64,000 bases of DNA from Eledone cirrhosa. Lineage: Eukaryota. The stretch is from contig OZ024747.1 in assembly GCA_964016885.1 (NCBI GenBank), positions 79,608,001 through 79,672,000 on the forward strand, read 5' to 3'. The notes beneath the pieces are model-generated. The model made no database searches. It had not been told where the DNA came from and saw only the letters and a list, made by a program, of their open reading frames with translations. Made by a program: the position numbers and the translations under genes. How positions within the stretch are numbered: the first letter of the stretch is position 1; each line of letters opens with the position of its first letter. Below, piece after piece: positions 46,670 through 64,000 of this stretch.

Positions 46670-49600
46670 CCACCACCACCACCGCCTACACCACTACTGT
46701 CATACACCACCACCACCACCTACACCACTACTGTCATACACCCCCACCACCACCTACACCACTACTGTCATACACCCCCACTGTTTACACCACTATTGTT
46801 ATACACCTAGACCTCCACCGCCTACACCACTACTGCCATACATTACCACCACTACCGCCTACACCACTACTGCCATACACCACCACCACCACCGCCTACA
46901 CCACTACTGACATACACCACCATCACCGCCTACACCACTACTGCCATACACCACCACTGTTTACACCACTATTGTTATACACCTAGACGTCCACCGCCTA
47001 CACCACTACTGCCATACATTACCACCACTACCGCCTACACCACTACTGCCATACACCACCACCACCACCGCCTACACCACTACTGACATACACCACCATC
47101 ACCGCCTACACCACTACTACCATACACCACCACCACCACCTACAACACTACTGTTATACACCACCACCACCGCCTACAACACTACTGTTATACACATCCA
47201 CCACCTACAACACTACTGTTATACACCACCACCACCACCTACAACACTACTGTTATACACCACCACCACCTACAACACTACTGTTATACACCACCACCAC
47301 CTACAACACTACTGTTATACACCACCACCGCCTACAACACTACTGTCATACACCACCACCACCACCGCCTACACCACTACTGTCATACACCACCACCACC
47401 ACCACCTACACCACTACTGTCATACACCCCCACTGTTTACACCACTATTGTTATACACCTAGACCTCCACCGCCTACACCACTACTGCCATACACCACCA
47501 CCACCACCTCCTACACCACTACTGACATACACCACCATCACCGCCTACACCACTACTGCCATACACCACCACCACCACCGCCTACACCACTACTGTCATA
47601 CACCACCACCACCACCGCCTACACCACTACTGTCATACACCACCACCACCACCTACACCACTACTGTCATACACCCCCACTGTTTACACCACTATTGTTA
47701 TACACCTAGACCTCCACCGCCTACACCACTACTGCCATACACCACCACCACCACCGCCTACACCACTACTGACATACACCACCATCACCGCCTACACCAC
47801 TACTGCCATACACCACCACCACCACCGCCTACACCACTACTGTCATACACCACCACCACCACCTACACCACTACTGTCATACACCCCCACTGTTTACACC
47901 ACTATTGTTATACACCTAGACCTCCACCGCCTACACCACTACTGCCATACACCACCACCACCACCGCCTACACCACTACTGACATACACCACCATCACCG
48001 CCTACACCACAACTGCCATACACCACCACTGTTTACACCACTATTGTTATACACCTAGACGTCCACCGCCTACACCACTACTGCCATACATTACCACCAC
48101 TACCGCCTACACCACTACTGCCATACACCACCACCACCACCGCCTACACCACTACTGACATACACCACCATCACCGCCTACACCACTACTACCATACACC
48201 ACCACCACCACCTACAACACTACTGTTATACACCACCACCACCGCCTACGACACTACTGTTATACACATCCACCACCTACAACACTACTGTTATACACCA
48301 CCACCACCACCTACAACACTACTGTTATACACCACCACCACCTACAACACTACTGTTATACACCACCACCACCTACAACACTACTGTTATACACCACCAC
48401 CGCCTACAACACTACTGTCATACACCACCACCACCTACAACACTACTGTTATACACCACCACCACCACCGCCTACAACACTACTGATATACACCACCACC
48501 ACCACCACAACACTACTGTTATACACCACCACCACCTACAACACTACTGTTATACACCACCACCACCTACAACACTACTGTTATACACCACCACCACTAC
48601 TGTTATACACCACCACCACCTACAACACTACTGTTATACACCACCACCACCTACAACACTACTGTCATACACCACCACCACCTACAACACTACTATTATA
48701 CACCACCACCACCACCTACAACACTACTGCCATACACCACCACCACCACCTACAACACTACTGTTATACACCACCACCACCACCTACAACACTACTGTTA
48801 TACACCACCACCACCTACAACACTACTGTCATACACCACCACCACCTACAACACTACTATTATACACCACCACCACCACCTACAACACTACTGTCATACA
48901 CCACCACCACCTACAACACTACTATTATACACCACCACCACCACCTACAACACTACTGCCATACACCACCACCACCACCTACAACACAACTGTTATACAC
49001 CACCACCACCACCTACAACACTACTGTTATACACCACCACCACCACCTACAACACTACTGTTATACACCACCACCGCCTACAACACTACTGCCATACACC
49101 ACCACCACCACCTACAACACTACTGCCATACACCACCACCACCACCTACAACACTACTGCCATACACCACCACCACCACCTACAACACTACTGCCATACA
49201 CCACCACCACCACCTACAACACAACTGTTATACACCACCACCACCACCTACAACACAACTGTTATACACCACCACCACCACCTACAACACAACTGTTATA
49301 CACCACCACCACCACCTACAACACTACTGCCATACACCACCACCACCACCTACACCACAACTGTTATACACCACCACCACCACCTACAACACTACTGTTA
49401 TACACCACCACCACCTACAACACTACTGTTATACACCACCACCACCTACAACACTACTGTTATACACCACCACCACCTACAACACTACTGTTATACACCA
49501 CCACCACCACCGCCTACAACACTACTGTTATACATCACCACCACCTACAACACTACTGTTATACACCACCACCACCTACAACACTACTGTTATACACCAC

Positions 49601-52600
49601 CACCACCTACAACACTACTGTTATACACCACCACCACCTACAACACTACTGTTATACACCACCACCACCACCACCTACAACACTACTGTTATACACCACC
49701 ACCACCACCTACAACACTACTGTTATACACCACCACCACCTACAACACTACTGTCATACACCACCACCACCTACAACACTACTATTATACACCACCACCA
49801 CCACCTACAACACTACTGTCATACACCACCACCACCTACAACACTACTATTATACACCACCACCACCACCTACAACACTACTGCCATACACCACCACCAC
49901 CACCTACAACACAACTGTTATACACCACCACCACCACCTACAACACTACTGTTATACACCACCACCACCACCTACAACACTACTGTTATACACCACCACC
50001 GCCTACAACACTACTGCCATACACCACCACCACCACCTACAACACTACTGCCATACACCACCACCACCACCTACAACACTACTGCCATACACCACCACCA
50101 CCACCTACAACACTACTGCCATACACCACCACCACCACCTACAACACAACTGTTATACACCACCACCACCACCTACAACACAACTGTTATACACCACCAC
50201 CACCACCTACAACACAACTGTTATACACCACCACCACCACCTACAACACTACTGCCATACACCACCACCACCACCTACAACACAACTGTTATACACCACC
50301 ACCACCACCTACAACACAACTGTTATACACCACCACCACCACCTACAACACAACTGTTATACACCACCACCACCACCTACAACACAACTGTTATACACCA
50401 CCACCACCACCTACAACACTACTGCCATACACCACCACCACCACCTACAACACAACTGTTATACACCACCACCACCACCTACAACACTACTGTTATACAC
50501 CACCACCGCCTACAACACTACTGTCATACACCACCACCGCCTACAACACTACTGTTATACATCACCACCACCACCGCCTACAACACTATTGTTATACACA
50601 ACCACCACCTACAACACTACTGTTATACACCACCACCACCTACAACACTACTGTTATACACCACCACCACCTACAACACTACTGTTATACACCACCACCT
50701 ACAACACTACTGTTATACACCACCACCACCTACAACACTACTGTCATACACCACCACCACCTACAACACTACTGTCATACACCACCTCCACCTACAACAC
50801 TACTGTTATACACCACCACCGCCTACAACACTACTGTTATACACCACCACCACCTACAACACTATTGTTATACACCACCACCACCTACAACACTACTGTT
50901 ATACACCACCACCACCTACAACACTACTGTTATACACCACCACCACCTACAACACTACTGTTATACACCACCACTACTGTCATACACCACCACCACCTAC
51001 AACACTACTGTTATACACCACCACCACCTACAACACTATTGTTATACACCACCACCACCTACAACACTACTGTTATACACCACCACCACCTACAACACTA
51101 TTGTTATACACCACCACCACCTACAACACTACTATTATACACCACCACCACCTACAACACTACTGTTATACACCACCACCGCCTACAACACTACTGTTAT
51201 ACACCACCACCGCCTACAACACTACTGTTATACACCACCACCGCCTACAACACTACTGTTATACACCACCACCACCTACAACACTACTGTTATACACCAC
51301 CACCACCTACAACACTACTGTTATACACCACCACCGCCTACAACACTACTATTATACACCACCACCACCTACAACGCTACTGTCATACACCACCACCACC
51401 TACAACACTACTCTTATACACCACCACCACCTACAACACTACTGTCATACACCACCACCACCTACAACACTACTGTCATACACCACCACCACCTACAACA
51501 CTACTGTCATACACCACCACCACCTACAACACTACTGTTATACACCACCACCACCTACAACACTACTCTTATACACCACCACCACCTACAACACTACTGT
51601 CATACACCACCACCACCTACAACACTACTCTTATACACCACCACCACCTACAACACTACTGTTATACACCACCACCACCTACAACACTACTGTCATACAC
51701 CACCACCACCACCTACAACACTACTCTTATACACCACCACCACCTACAACACTACTGTCATACACCACCACCACCTACAACACTACTGTTATACACCACC
51801 ACCACCACCTACAACACTACTGTCATACACCACCACCACCTACAACACTACTGTTATACACCACCACCACCACCTACAACACTACTGTCATACACCACCA
51901 CCACCTACAACACTACTGTTATACACCACCACCACCACCTACAACACTACTGTTATACACCACCACCACCTACAACACTACTGTTATACACCACCACCAC
52001 CTACAACACTACTGTCATACACCACCACCACCTACAACACTACTGTTATACACCACCACCACCACCTACAACACTACTGTTATACACCACCACCACCTAC
52101 AACACTACTGTTATACACCACCACCACCTACAACACGACTGTTATACACCACCACCACCACCTACAACACTACTGTCATACACCACCACCACCTACAACA
52201 CTACTGTTATACACCACCACCACCACCTACAACACTACTGTTATACACCACCACCACCTACAACACTACTGTTATACACCACCACCACCACCTACAACAC
52301 TACTGTTATACACCACCACCACCTACAACACTACTTTTATACACCACCACCACCTACAACACTACTGTCATACACCACCACCACCTACAACACTACTGTT
52401 ATACACCACCACCACCACCTACAACACTACTGTCATACACCACCACCACCTACAACACTACTGTCATACACCACCACCACCTACAACACTACTGTTATAC
52501 ACCACCACCACCACCTACAACACTACTGTCATACACCACCACCACCTACAACACTACTGTTATACACCACCACCACCACCTACAACACTACTGTTATACA

Positions 52601-55600
52601 CCACCACCACCACCTACAACACTACTGTCATACACCACCACCACCTACAACACTACTGTTATACACCACCACCACCACCTACAACACTACTGTTATACAC
52701 CACCACCACCTACAACACTACTGTTATACACCACCACCACCTACAACACTACTGTTATACACCACCACCACCTACAACACTATTGTTATACACCACCACC
52801 ACCTACAACACTACTGTTATACACCACCACCACCACCTACAACACTACTGTTATACACCACCACCACCTACAACACTACTGTTATACACCACCACCACCA
52901 CCTACAACACTACTGTCATACACCACCACCACCTACAACACTACTGTTATACACCACCACCACCACCTACAACACTACTGTCATACACCACCACCACCTA
53001 CAACACTACTGTCATACACCACCACCACCACCTACAACACTACTGTCATACACCACCACCACCTACAACACTACTGTTATACACCACCACCACCTACAAC
53101 ACTACTGTTATACACCACCACCACCACCTACAACACTACTGTCATACACCACCACCACCTACAACACTACTGTCATACACCACCACCACCTACAACACTA
53201 CTGTCATACACCACCACCACCTACAACACTACTGTTATACACCACCACCACCTACAACACTACTGTTATACACCACCACCACCACCTACAACACTACTGT
53301 CATACACCACCACCACCTACAACACTACTGTCATACACCACCACCACCTACAACACTACTGTCATACACCACCACCACCTACAACACTACTGTTATACAC
53401 CACCACCACCTACAACACTACTGTTATACACCACCACCACCTAGAACACTACTGTTATACACCACCACCACCACCTACAACACTACTGTTATACACCACC
53501 ACCACCACCACCTACAACACTACTGTTATACACCACCACCACCTACAACACTACTGTTATACACCACCACCACCACCTAGAACACTACTGTTATACACCA
53601 CCACCACCACCTACAACACTACTGTTATACACCACCACCACCACCTACAACACTACTGTCATACACCACCACCACCTACAACACTACTGTCATACACCAC
53701 CACCACCTAGAACACTACTGTTATACACCACCACCACCACCTACAACACTACTGTTATACACCACCACCACCACCTACAACACTACTGTTATACACCACC
53801 ACCACCTACAACACTACTGTCATACACCACCACCACCTACAACACTACTCTTATACACCACCACCACCTACAACACTACTGTCATACACCACCACCACCT
53901 ACAACACTACTGTCATACACCACCACCACCTAGAACACTACTGTTATACACCACCACCACCACCTACAACACTACTGTTATACACCACCACCACCACCTA
54001 CAACACTACTGTTATACACCACCACCACCTACAACACTACTGTCATACACCACCACCACCTACAACACTACTGTTATACACCACCACCACCACCTACAAC
54101 ACTACTGTCATACACCACCACCACCTACAACACTACTGTTATACACCACCACCACCTACAACACTACTCTTATACACCACCACCACCTACAACACTACTG
54201 TTATACACCACCACCACCTACAACACTACTGTCATACACCACCACCTACAACACTACTGTCATACACCACCACCACCTACAACACTACTGTCATACACCA
54301 CCACCACCACCTACAACACTACTGTCATACACCACCACCACCACCTACAACACTACTGTCATACACCACCACCACCACCTACAACACTACTGTCATACAC
54401 CACCACCACCTACAACACTACTGTTATACACCACCACCACCACCTACAACACTACTGTCATACACCACCACCACCTACAACACTACTGTTATACACCACC
54501 ACCACCACCTACAACACTACTGTTATACACCACCACCACCTACAACACTACTGTCATACACCACCACCACCTACAACACTACTGTTATACACCACCACCA
54601 CCTACAACACTACTGTTATACACCACCACCACCTACAACACTACTGTCATACACCACCACCACCTACAACACTACTGTCATACACCACCACCACCTACAA
54701 CACTACTGTCATACACCACCACCACCTACAACACTACTCTTATACACCACCACCACCTACAACACTACTGTTATACACCACCACCACCTACAACACTACA
54801 GTTATACACCACCACCACCTACAACACTACTGTTATACACCACCACCACCTACAACACTACTGTCATACACCACCACCACCTACAACACTACTGTCATAC
54901 ACCACCACCACCTAGAACACTACTGTTATACACCACCACCACCACCTACAACACTACTGTCATACACCACCACCACCTACAACACTACTGTTATACACCA
55001 CCACCACCTACAACACTACTGTTATACACCACCACCACCACCTACAACACTACTCTTATACACCACCACCACCTACAACACTACTGTCATACACCACCAC
55101 CACCTACAACACTACTGTCATACACCACCACCACCTACAACACTACTGTTATACACCACCACCGCCTACAACACTACTGTTATACACCACCACCGCCTAC
55201 AACACTACTGTTATACACCACCACCACCTACAACACTACTGTCATACACCACCACCACCTACAACACTACTGTTATACACCACCACCACCACCTACAACA
55301 CTACTGTCATACACCACCACCACCTACAACACTACTGTTATACACCACCACCACCACCTACAACACTACTGTTATACACCACCACCACCTACAACACTAC
55401 TGTCATACACCACCACCACCTACAACACTACTGTTATACACCACCACCACCTACAACACTACTGTTATACACCACCACCACCTACAACACTACTCTTATA
55501 CACCACCACCACCTACAACACTACTGTCATACACCACCACCACCTACAACACTACTGTCATACACCACCACCACCTAGAACACTACTGTTATACACCACC

Positions 55601-58600
55601 ACCACCACCTACAACACTACTGTTATACACCACCACCACCTACAACACTACTGTCATACACCACCACCACCTACAACACTACTGTTATACACCACCACCA
55701 CCACCTACAACACTACTGTCATACACCACCACCACCTACAACACTACTGTTATACACCACCACCACCTACAACACTACTGTCATACACCACCACCACCTA
55801 CAACACTACTGTTATACACCACCACCACCTACAACACTACTGTCATACACCACCACCACCTACAACACTACTGCTATACACCACCACCACCTACAACACT
55901 ACTGTCATACACCACCACCACCTACAACACTACTGTTATACACCACCACCACCACCTACAACACTACTGTTATACACCACCACCACCTAGAACACTACTG
56001 TTATACACCACCACCACCTACAACACTACTGTCATACACCACCACCACCTACAACACTACTGTTATACACCACCACCACCTACAACACTACTGTCATACA
56101 CCACCACCACCTACAACACTACTGTTATACACCACCACCACCTACAACACTACTGTCATACACCACCACCACCTACAACACTACTGTTATACACCACCAC
56201 CACCACCTACAACACTACTGTTATACACCACCACCACCTACAACACTACTGTCATACACCACCACCACCTACAACACTACTGTTATACACCACCACCACC
56301 TACATCACTACTGTTATACACCACCACCACCTACAACACTACTGTCATACACCACCACCACCTACAACACTACTGTTATACACCACCACCACCACCTACA
56401 ACACTACTGTTATACACCACCACCACCTACAACACTACTGTCATACACCACCACCACCTACAACACTACTGTCATACACCACCACCACCTACAACAATAC
56501 TGTTATACACCACCACCACCTACAACACTACTGTCATACACCACCACCACCTACAACACTACTGTCATACACCACCACCACCTACAACACTACTGTTATA
56601 CACCACCACCACCTACAACACTACTGTTATACACCACCACCACCACCTACAACACTACTGTTATACACCACCACCACCACCTACAACACTACTGTTATAC
56701 ACCACCACCACCGCCTACAACACTACTGTTATACACCACCACCACCTACAACACTACTCTTATACACCACCACCACCTACAACACTACTGTCATACACCA
56801 CCACCACCACCTACAACACTACTGTCATACACCACCACCACCTACAACACTACTGTCATACACCACCACCACCACCTACAACACTACTGTCATACACCAC
56901 CACCACCTACAACACTACTGTCATACACCACCACCACCACCTACAACACTACTGTTATACACCACCACCACCTACAACACTACTGTCATACACCACCACC
57001 ACCTACAACACTACTGTTATACACCACCACCACCACCTACAACACTACTGTCATACACCACCACCACCTACAACACTACTGTCATACACCACCACCACCT
57101 AGAACACTACTGTTATACACCACCACCACCACCTACAACACTACTGTCATACACCACCACCACCTACAACACTACTGTTATACACCACCACCACCTACAA
57201 CACTACTGTCATACACCACCACCACCTACAACACTACTGTCATACACCACCACCACCTAGAACACTACTGTTATACACCACCACCACCACCTACAACACT
57301 ACTGTCATACACCACCACCACCTACAACACTACTGTTATACACCACCACCACCTACAACACTACTGTCATACACCACCACCACCTACAACACTACTGTCA
57401 TACACCACCACCACCTACAACACTACTGTCATACACCACCACCACCACCTACAACACTACTGTCATACACCACCACCACCTACAACACTACTGTCATACA
57501 CCACCACCACCTACAACACTACTGTCATACACCACCACCACCTACAACACTACTGTTATACACCACCACCACCTACAACACTACTGTTATACACCACCAC
57601 CACCTACAACACTACTGTCATACACCACCACCACCTACAACACTACTGTTATACACCACCACCACCACCTACAACACTACTGTCATACACCACCACCACC
57701 TAGAACACTACTGTTATACACCACCACCACCACCTACAACACTACTGTCATACACCACCACCACCTACAACACTACTGTTATACACCACCACCACCACCT
57801 ACAACACTACTGTTATACACCACCACCACCTACAACACTACTGTCATACACCACCACCACCTAGAACACTACTGTTATACACCACCACCACCACCTACAA
57901 CACTACTGTCATACACCACCACCACCTACAACACTACTGTTATACACCACCACCACCTACAACACTACTGTCATACACCACCACCACCTACAACACTACT
58001 GTTATACACCACCACCACCACCTACAACACTACTGTTATACACCACCACCACCTACAACACTACTGTTATACACCACCACCACCTACAACACTACTGTCA
58101 TACACCACCACCACCTACAACACTACTGTTATACACCACCACCACCACCTACAACACTACTGTCATACACCACCACCACCTACAACACTACTGTTATACA
58201 CCACCACCACCACCTACAACACTACTGTCATACACCACCACCACCTACAACACTACTGTCATACACCACCACCACCTAGAACACTACTGTTATACACCAC
58301 CACCACCACCTACAACACTACTGTCATACACCACCACCACCTACAACACTACTGTTATACACCACCACCACCTACAACACTACTGTCATACACCACCACC
58401 ACCTACAACACTACTGTTATACACCACCACCACCTACAACACTACTGTTATACACCACCACCACCTACAACACTACTGTTATACACCACCACCACCACCT
58501 ACAACACTACTGTCATACACCACCACCACCTACAACACTACTGTTATACACCACCACCACCTACAACACTACTGTCATACACCACCACCACCTACAACAC

Positions 58601-61600
58601 TACTGTTATACACCACCACCACCTACAACACTACTGTTATACACCACCACCACCTACAACACTACTGTTATACACCACCACCACCACCTACAACACTACT
58701 GTCATACACCACCACCACCTACAACACTACTGTTATACACCACCACCTACAACACTACTGTTATACACCACCACCACCACCTACAACACTACTGTCATAC
58801 ACCACCACCACCTACAACACTACTGTCATACACCACCACCACCTACAACACTACTGTTATACACCACCACCACCTACAACACTACTGTTATACACCACCA
58901 CCACCACCTACAACACTACTGTCATACACCACCACCACCTACAACACTACTGTTATACACCACCACCACCTACAACACTACTGTTATACACCACCACCAC
59001 CTACAACACTACTGTTATACACCACCACCACCTACAACACTACTGTTATACACCACCACCACCACCTACAACACTACTGTTATACACCACCACCACCACC
59101 TACAACACTACTGTTATACACCACCACCACCACCTACAACACTACTGTTATACACCACCACCACCACCTACAACACTACTGTCATACACCACCACCACCT
59201 ACAACACTACTGTCATACACCACCACCACCTACAACACTACTGTTATACACCACCACCACCTACAACACTACTGTTATACACCACCACCACCACCTACAA
59301 CACTACTGTCATACACCACCACCACCTACAACACTACTGTTATACACCACCACCACCTACAACACTACTGTTATACACCACCACCTACATCACTACTGTT
59401 ATACACCACCACCACCACCTACAACACTACTGTCATACACCACCACCACCTACAACACTACTGTTATACACCACCACCACCTACAACACTACTGTTATAC
59501 ACCACCACCACCACCTACAACACTACTGTCATACACCACCACCACCTACAACACTACTGTCATACACCACCACCACCTACAACACTACTGTTATACACCA
59601 CCACCACCTACAACACTACTGTCATACACCACCACCACCTACAACACTACTGTTATACACCACCACCACCTACAACACTACTGTCATACACCACCACCAC
59701 CTACAACACTACTGTTATACACCACCACCACCTACAACACTACTGTCATACACCACCACCACCTACAACACTACTGTTATACACCACCACCACCTACAAC
59801 ACTACTGTTATACACCACCACCACCTACAACACTACTGTTATACACCACCACCACCACCTACAACACTACTGTCATACACCACCACCACCACCTACAACA
59901 CTACTGTTATACACCACCACCACCTACAACACTACTGTTATACACCACCACCACCACCTACAACACTACTGTTATACACCACCACCACCACCTACAACAC
60001 TACTGTCATACACCACCACCACCTACAACACTACTGTCATACACCACCACCACCTACAACACTACTGTTATACACCACCACCACCTACAACACTACTGTT
60101 ATACACCACCACCACCACCTACAACACTACTGTCATACACCACCACCACCTACAACACTACTGTTATACACCACCACCACCTACAACACTACTGTTATAC
60201 ACCACCACCACCTACAACACTACTGTTATACACCACCTACAACACTACTGTTATACACCACCACCACCACCTACAACACTACTGTTATACACCACCACCA
60301 CCTACAACACTACTGTTATACACCACCACCACCACCTACAACACTACTGTCATACACCACCACCACCTACAACACTACTGTCATACACCACCACCACCTA
60401 CAACACTACTGTCATACACCACCACCACCTACAACACTACTGTTATACACCACCACCACCTACAACACTACTGTTATACACCACCACCACCACCTACAAC
60501 ACTACTGTCATACACCACCACCACCTACAACACTACTGTTATACATCACCACCACCTACAACACTACTGTCATACACCACCACCACCTAGAACACTACTG
60601 TTATACACCACCACCACCACCTACAACACTACTGTCATACACCACCACCACCTACAACACTACTGTTATACACCACCACCACCTACAACACTACTGTCAT
60701 ACACCACCACCACCTACAACACTACTGTTATACACCACCATCACCACCTACAACACTACTGTTATACACCACCACCACCTACAACACTACTGTTATACAC
60801 CACCACCACCTACAACACTACTGTCATACACCACCACCACCTACAACACTACTGTTATACACCACCACCACCACCTACAACACTACTGTCATACACCACC
60901 ACCACCTACAACACTACTGTTATACACCACCACCACCACCTACAACACTACTGTCATACACCACCACCACCTACAACACTACTGTCATACACCACCACCA
61001 CCTAGAACACTACTGTTATACACCACCACCACCACCTACAACACTACTGTCATACACCACCACCACCTACAACACTACTGTTATACACCACCACCACCTA
61101 CAACACTACTGTCATACACCACCACCACCTACAACACTACTGTTATACACCACCACCACCTACAACACTACTGTTATACACCACCACCACCTACAACACT
61201 ACTGTTATACACCACCACCACCACCTACAACACTACTGTCATACACCACCACCACCTACAACACTACTGTTATACACCACCACCACCTACAACACTACTG
61301 TCATACACCACCACCACCTACAACACTACTGTTATACACCACCACCACCTACAACACTATTGTTATACACCACCACCACCTACAACACTACTGTTATACA
61401 CCACCACCACCTACAACACTACTGTTATACACTACCACCACTACTGTCATACACCACCACCACCTACAACACTACTGTTATACACCACCACCACTACTGT
61501 CATACACCACCACCACCTACAACACTACTGTTATACACCACCACCACCTACAACACTACTGTTATACACCACCACCGCCTACAACACTACTGTTATACAC

Positions 61601-61775
61601 CACCACCACCTACAACACTACTGTCATACACCACCACCACTACTGCCATACACCACCACCACTACTGTCATACACCACCACCACCTACAACACTACTGTT
61701 ATACACCACCACCACCTACAACACTACTGTTATACACCACCACCACCTACAACACTACTGTCATACACTACCACC
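46670..61775. repeat. ~15.1-kb minisatellite, 31/34-bp units with variable internal (CAC)n
   Basis: Unit tacaacactactgt(t/c)ata(cac)4-5c; roughly 470 units. Confidence 0.98.
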
Positions 61776-61923
61776 ACCGCCACTACCACAACACACATAT
61801 TACCACCGCCACCACCATTATCACAGCCATCTAGTTTCTTTAGAACGAACCTTTTTAACAGCCTCTTCTGTAACAGTACATCTGACCTCATTTAAGCCCC
61901 TCATCCTTTCTATTCTCATTCAT

Positions 61924-62158
61924 CACCTCTGCCACCATCACTCTCATAACACCACCTCCGCCACCATCACTCTCATAACACCACCTCTGCCACCATCACT
62001 CTCATAACACCACCTCCGCCACCATCACTCTCATAACACCACCTCCGCCACCATCACTCTCATAACACCACCTCCGCCACCATCACTCTCATAACACCAC
62101 CTCCGCCACCATCACTCTCATAACACCACCTCCGCCATCATCACTCTCATAACACCAC
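61924..62158. repeat. 29-bp tandem repeat x8
   Basis: cacctccgccaccatcactctcataacac; single copy in the inverted paralog at ~38232-38261. Confidence 0.93.
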
Positions 62159-62960
62159 CACCACATAACAGCTTCTGACCTGGTTTCTTCACTCCTTCTC
62201 CTCTTCCTGCTCCCCTTTAAACACTGACCTATATACAGCTATGTTTTCCTCACTTTTGCTCCTGTCGTTTTTGTTGTTGTTGCTATTGGTGATGGTGATG
62301 GTCGTATGTGTGTTGTTGGTATATTAGTGGTTGTGATGGGGACGGCGATGGTAGTGGTAGTGGTGATGGTTGTGGTGGTGATGTGTGGTAGTGGTGATGG
62401 TAATGATGGTTGTTGTTATGACGGTGGTGGTGATGATAATGGTTGTGTTCACGATGGTAGTGGTGAGACTGTGGTGATAGTTGTGGTGGTTGCTGTGACG
62501 GTGTTGGTGGTGAGGGCGATGGTAATGGTGATGGTAATGGTAGTGATGTGACTGTGGTGATGGTAGTGGTTGTTGTGGTGATGGCGATAGTACTGATCGT
62601 GATGGCAGTGGTGGTGATGGTAATGGTAGCGGTATGGCTGTGGTGATGGTAGTGATGGTGGTGGAAGTAATAGTGATAGTGGTTGTGATGATGGTGGTGA
62701 TAGTGATGATGGCTGCGGTGATGGTACTACTGTTGTAGTGTAGGTGGAGTTGTTATTATATTTGCTACATACTCTGTTGAACCACAATCCACAACCCTGA
62801 TTCATTAGATCTATCGCCGAAGACATTCAAACCGTGACCATCCCGCCTTCCCTTTAAAAAATGTTGCTTTACTCTGTGATCTGCGACTACATTATTGGGT
62901 AAATTCCTAAAAGCCTGCTACATATAAAAGTGAAAGTAAAAATCCAATGTACCGGTTGTT

Positions 62961-63864
62961 TTGATTCAATGACTGTTTGATTCAATGACTGTTTGATTTA
63001 ATGACTGATTCAATGACTGTTTGATTCAATGACTGTTTGATTCAATGACTGTTTGATTCAATGACTGTTTGATTTAATGACTGATTCAATGACTGTTTGA
63101 TTCAATGACTGTTTGATTTAATTACTGATTCAATGACTGTTTGATTCAATGACTGTTTGATTTAATGAATGATTCAATGACTGTTTGATTCAATGACTGT
63201 TTGATTTAATGACTGTTTGATTCAATGACTGTTTGACTTAATGACTGTTTGATTCAATGACTGTTTGATTTAATGACTGTTTGATTCAATGACTGTTTGA
63301 TTTAATGACTGTTTGATTCAATGACTGTTTGATTTAATGACTGTTTGATTCAATGACTGTTTGATTCAATGACTGTTTGATTCAATGACTGTTTGATTCA
63401 ATGACTGTTTGATTCAATGACTGTTTGATTTAATGACTGATTCAATGACTGTTTGATTCAATGACTGTTTGATTTAATGACTGATTCAATGACTGTTTGA
63501 TTCAATGACTGTTTGATTTAATGACTGATTCAATGACTGTTTGATTCAATGACTGTTTGATTCAATGACTGTTTGATTCAATGACTGTTTGATTTAATGA
63601 CTGTTTGATTCAATGACTGTTTGATTCAATGACTGTTTGATTCAATGACTGTTTGATTTAATGACTGATTCAATGACTGTTTGAGTCAATGACTGTTTGA
63701 TTCAATGACTGTTTGATTCAATGACTGTTTGATTCAATGACTGTTTGATTCAATGACTGATTGATTTAATGACTGATTCAATGACTGTTTGATTCAATGA
63801 CTGTTTGATTTAATGACTGATTCAATGACTGTTTGATTCAATGACTGTTTGATTCAATGACTGC
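62961..63864. repeat. 16-bp minisatellite with 12-bp variants
   Basis: ttgattcaatgactgt / tgatttaatgac. Confidence 0.96.
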
Positions 63865-64000
63865 ATATATAAGTAAACATATGAATCTATGTATGTATAT
63901 ATATACCTATGTGCATATGTATATATATATCTATGTACGTGTGTATATATATATCGATGTTCGTATGTATATACATATATATATATTTATTAAAATAACA

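Noticed and set aside
50589-53710. 951-aa and 869-aa His/Pro/Thr-rich (extensin-like) ORFs
   Set aside because: The unit length (3n+1) cycles through all frames, the strand lacks stops by composition, and the starts are not ATG; minisatellite artefact.

Overview
AT-rich animal (eukaryotic) genomic DNA, not prokaryotic. The SINE types and microsatellite density suggest an octopus or other cephalopod (inference). No host protein-coding gene is recognisable, and nearly all ORFs in the track are microsatellite or minisatellite artefacts. The window contains: (i) one apparently intact ~6.0-kb Tx1/L1-type LINE (ORF1 with CCHC knuckle; ORF2 with APE, RT and CCHC) sitting in an (ATT)n tract; (ii) a decayed Penelope-like GIY-YIG endonuclease element with no RT detected; (iii) remnants of R4/Dong-like, CRE-like, RTE, Tc1/mariner and Helitron elements and many tRNA-derived SINEs; (iv) large minisatellites (44, 57, 47, 31-34 and 16 bp units). 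The main unannotated signal is at least 7 minimal type-I hammerhead ribozyme motifs plus degenerate copies. They lie in several short, non-coding, (TA)n-embedded elements with Penelope-style inverted-tail architecture, i.e. a retrozyme-like non-autonomous system. Also notable: an inverted paralog pair in which one arm keeps the unexpanded seed of a 15-kb minisatellite, a minisatellite born inside an RLE endonuclease gene, and a 24-bp hairpin whose non-Watson-Crick pairs are all G-U. All coordinates and alignments were read by eye, so element boundaries are approximate.
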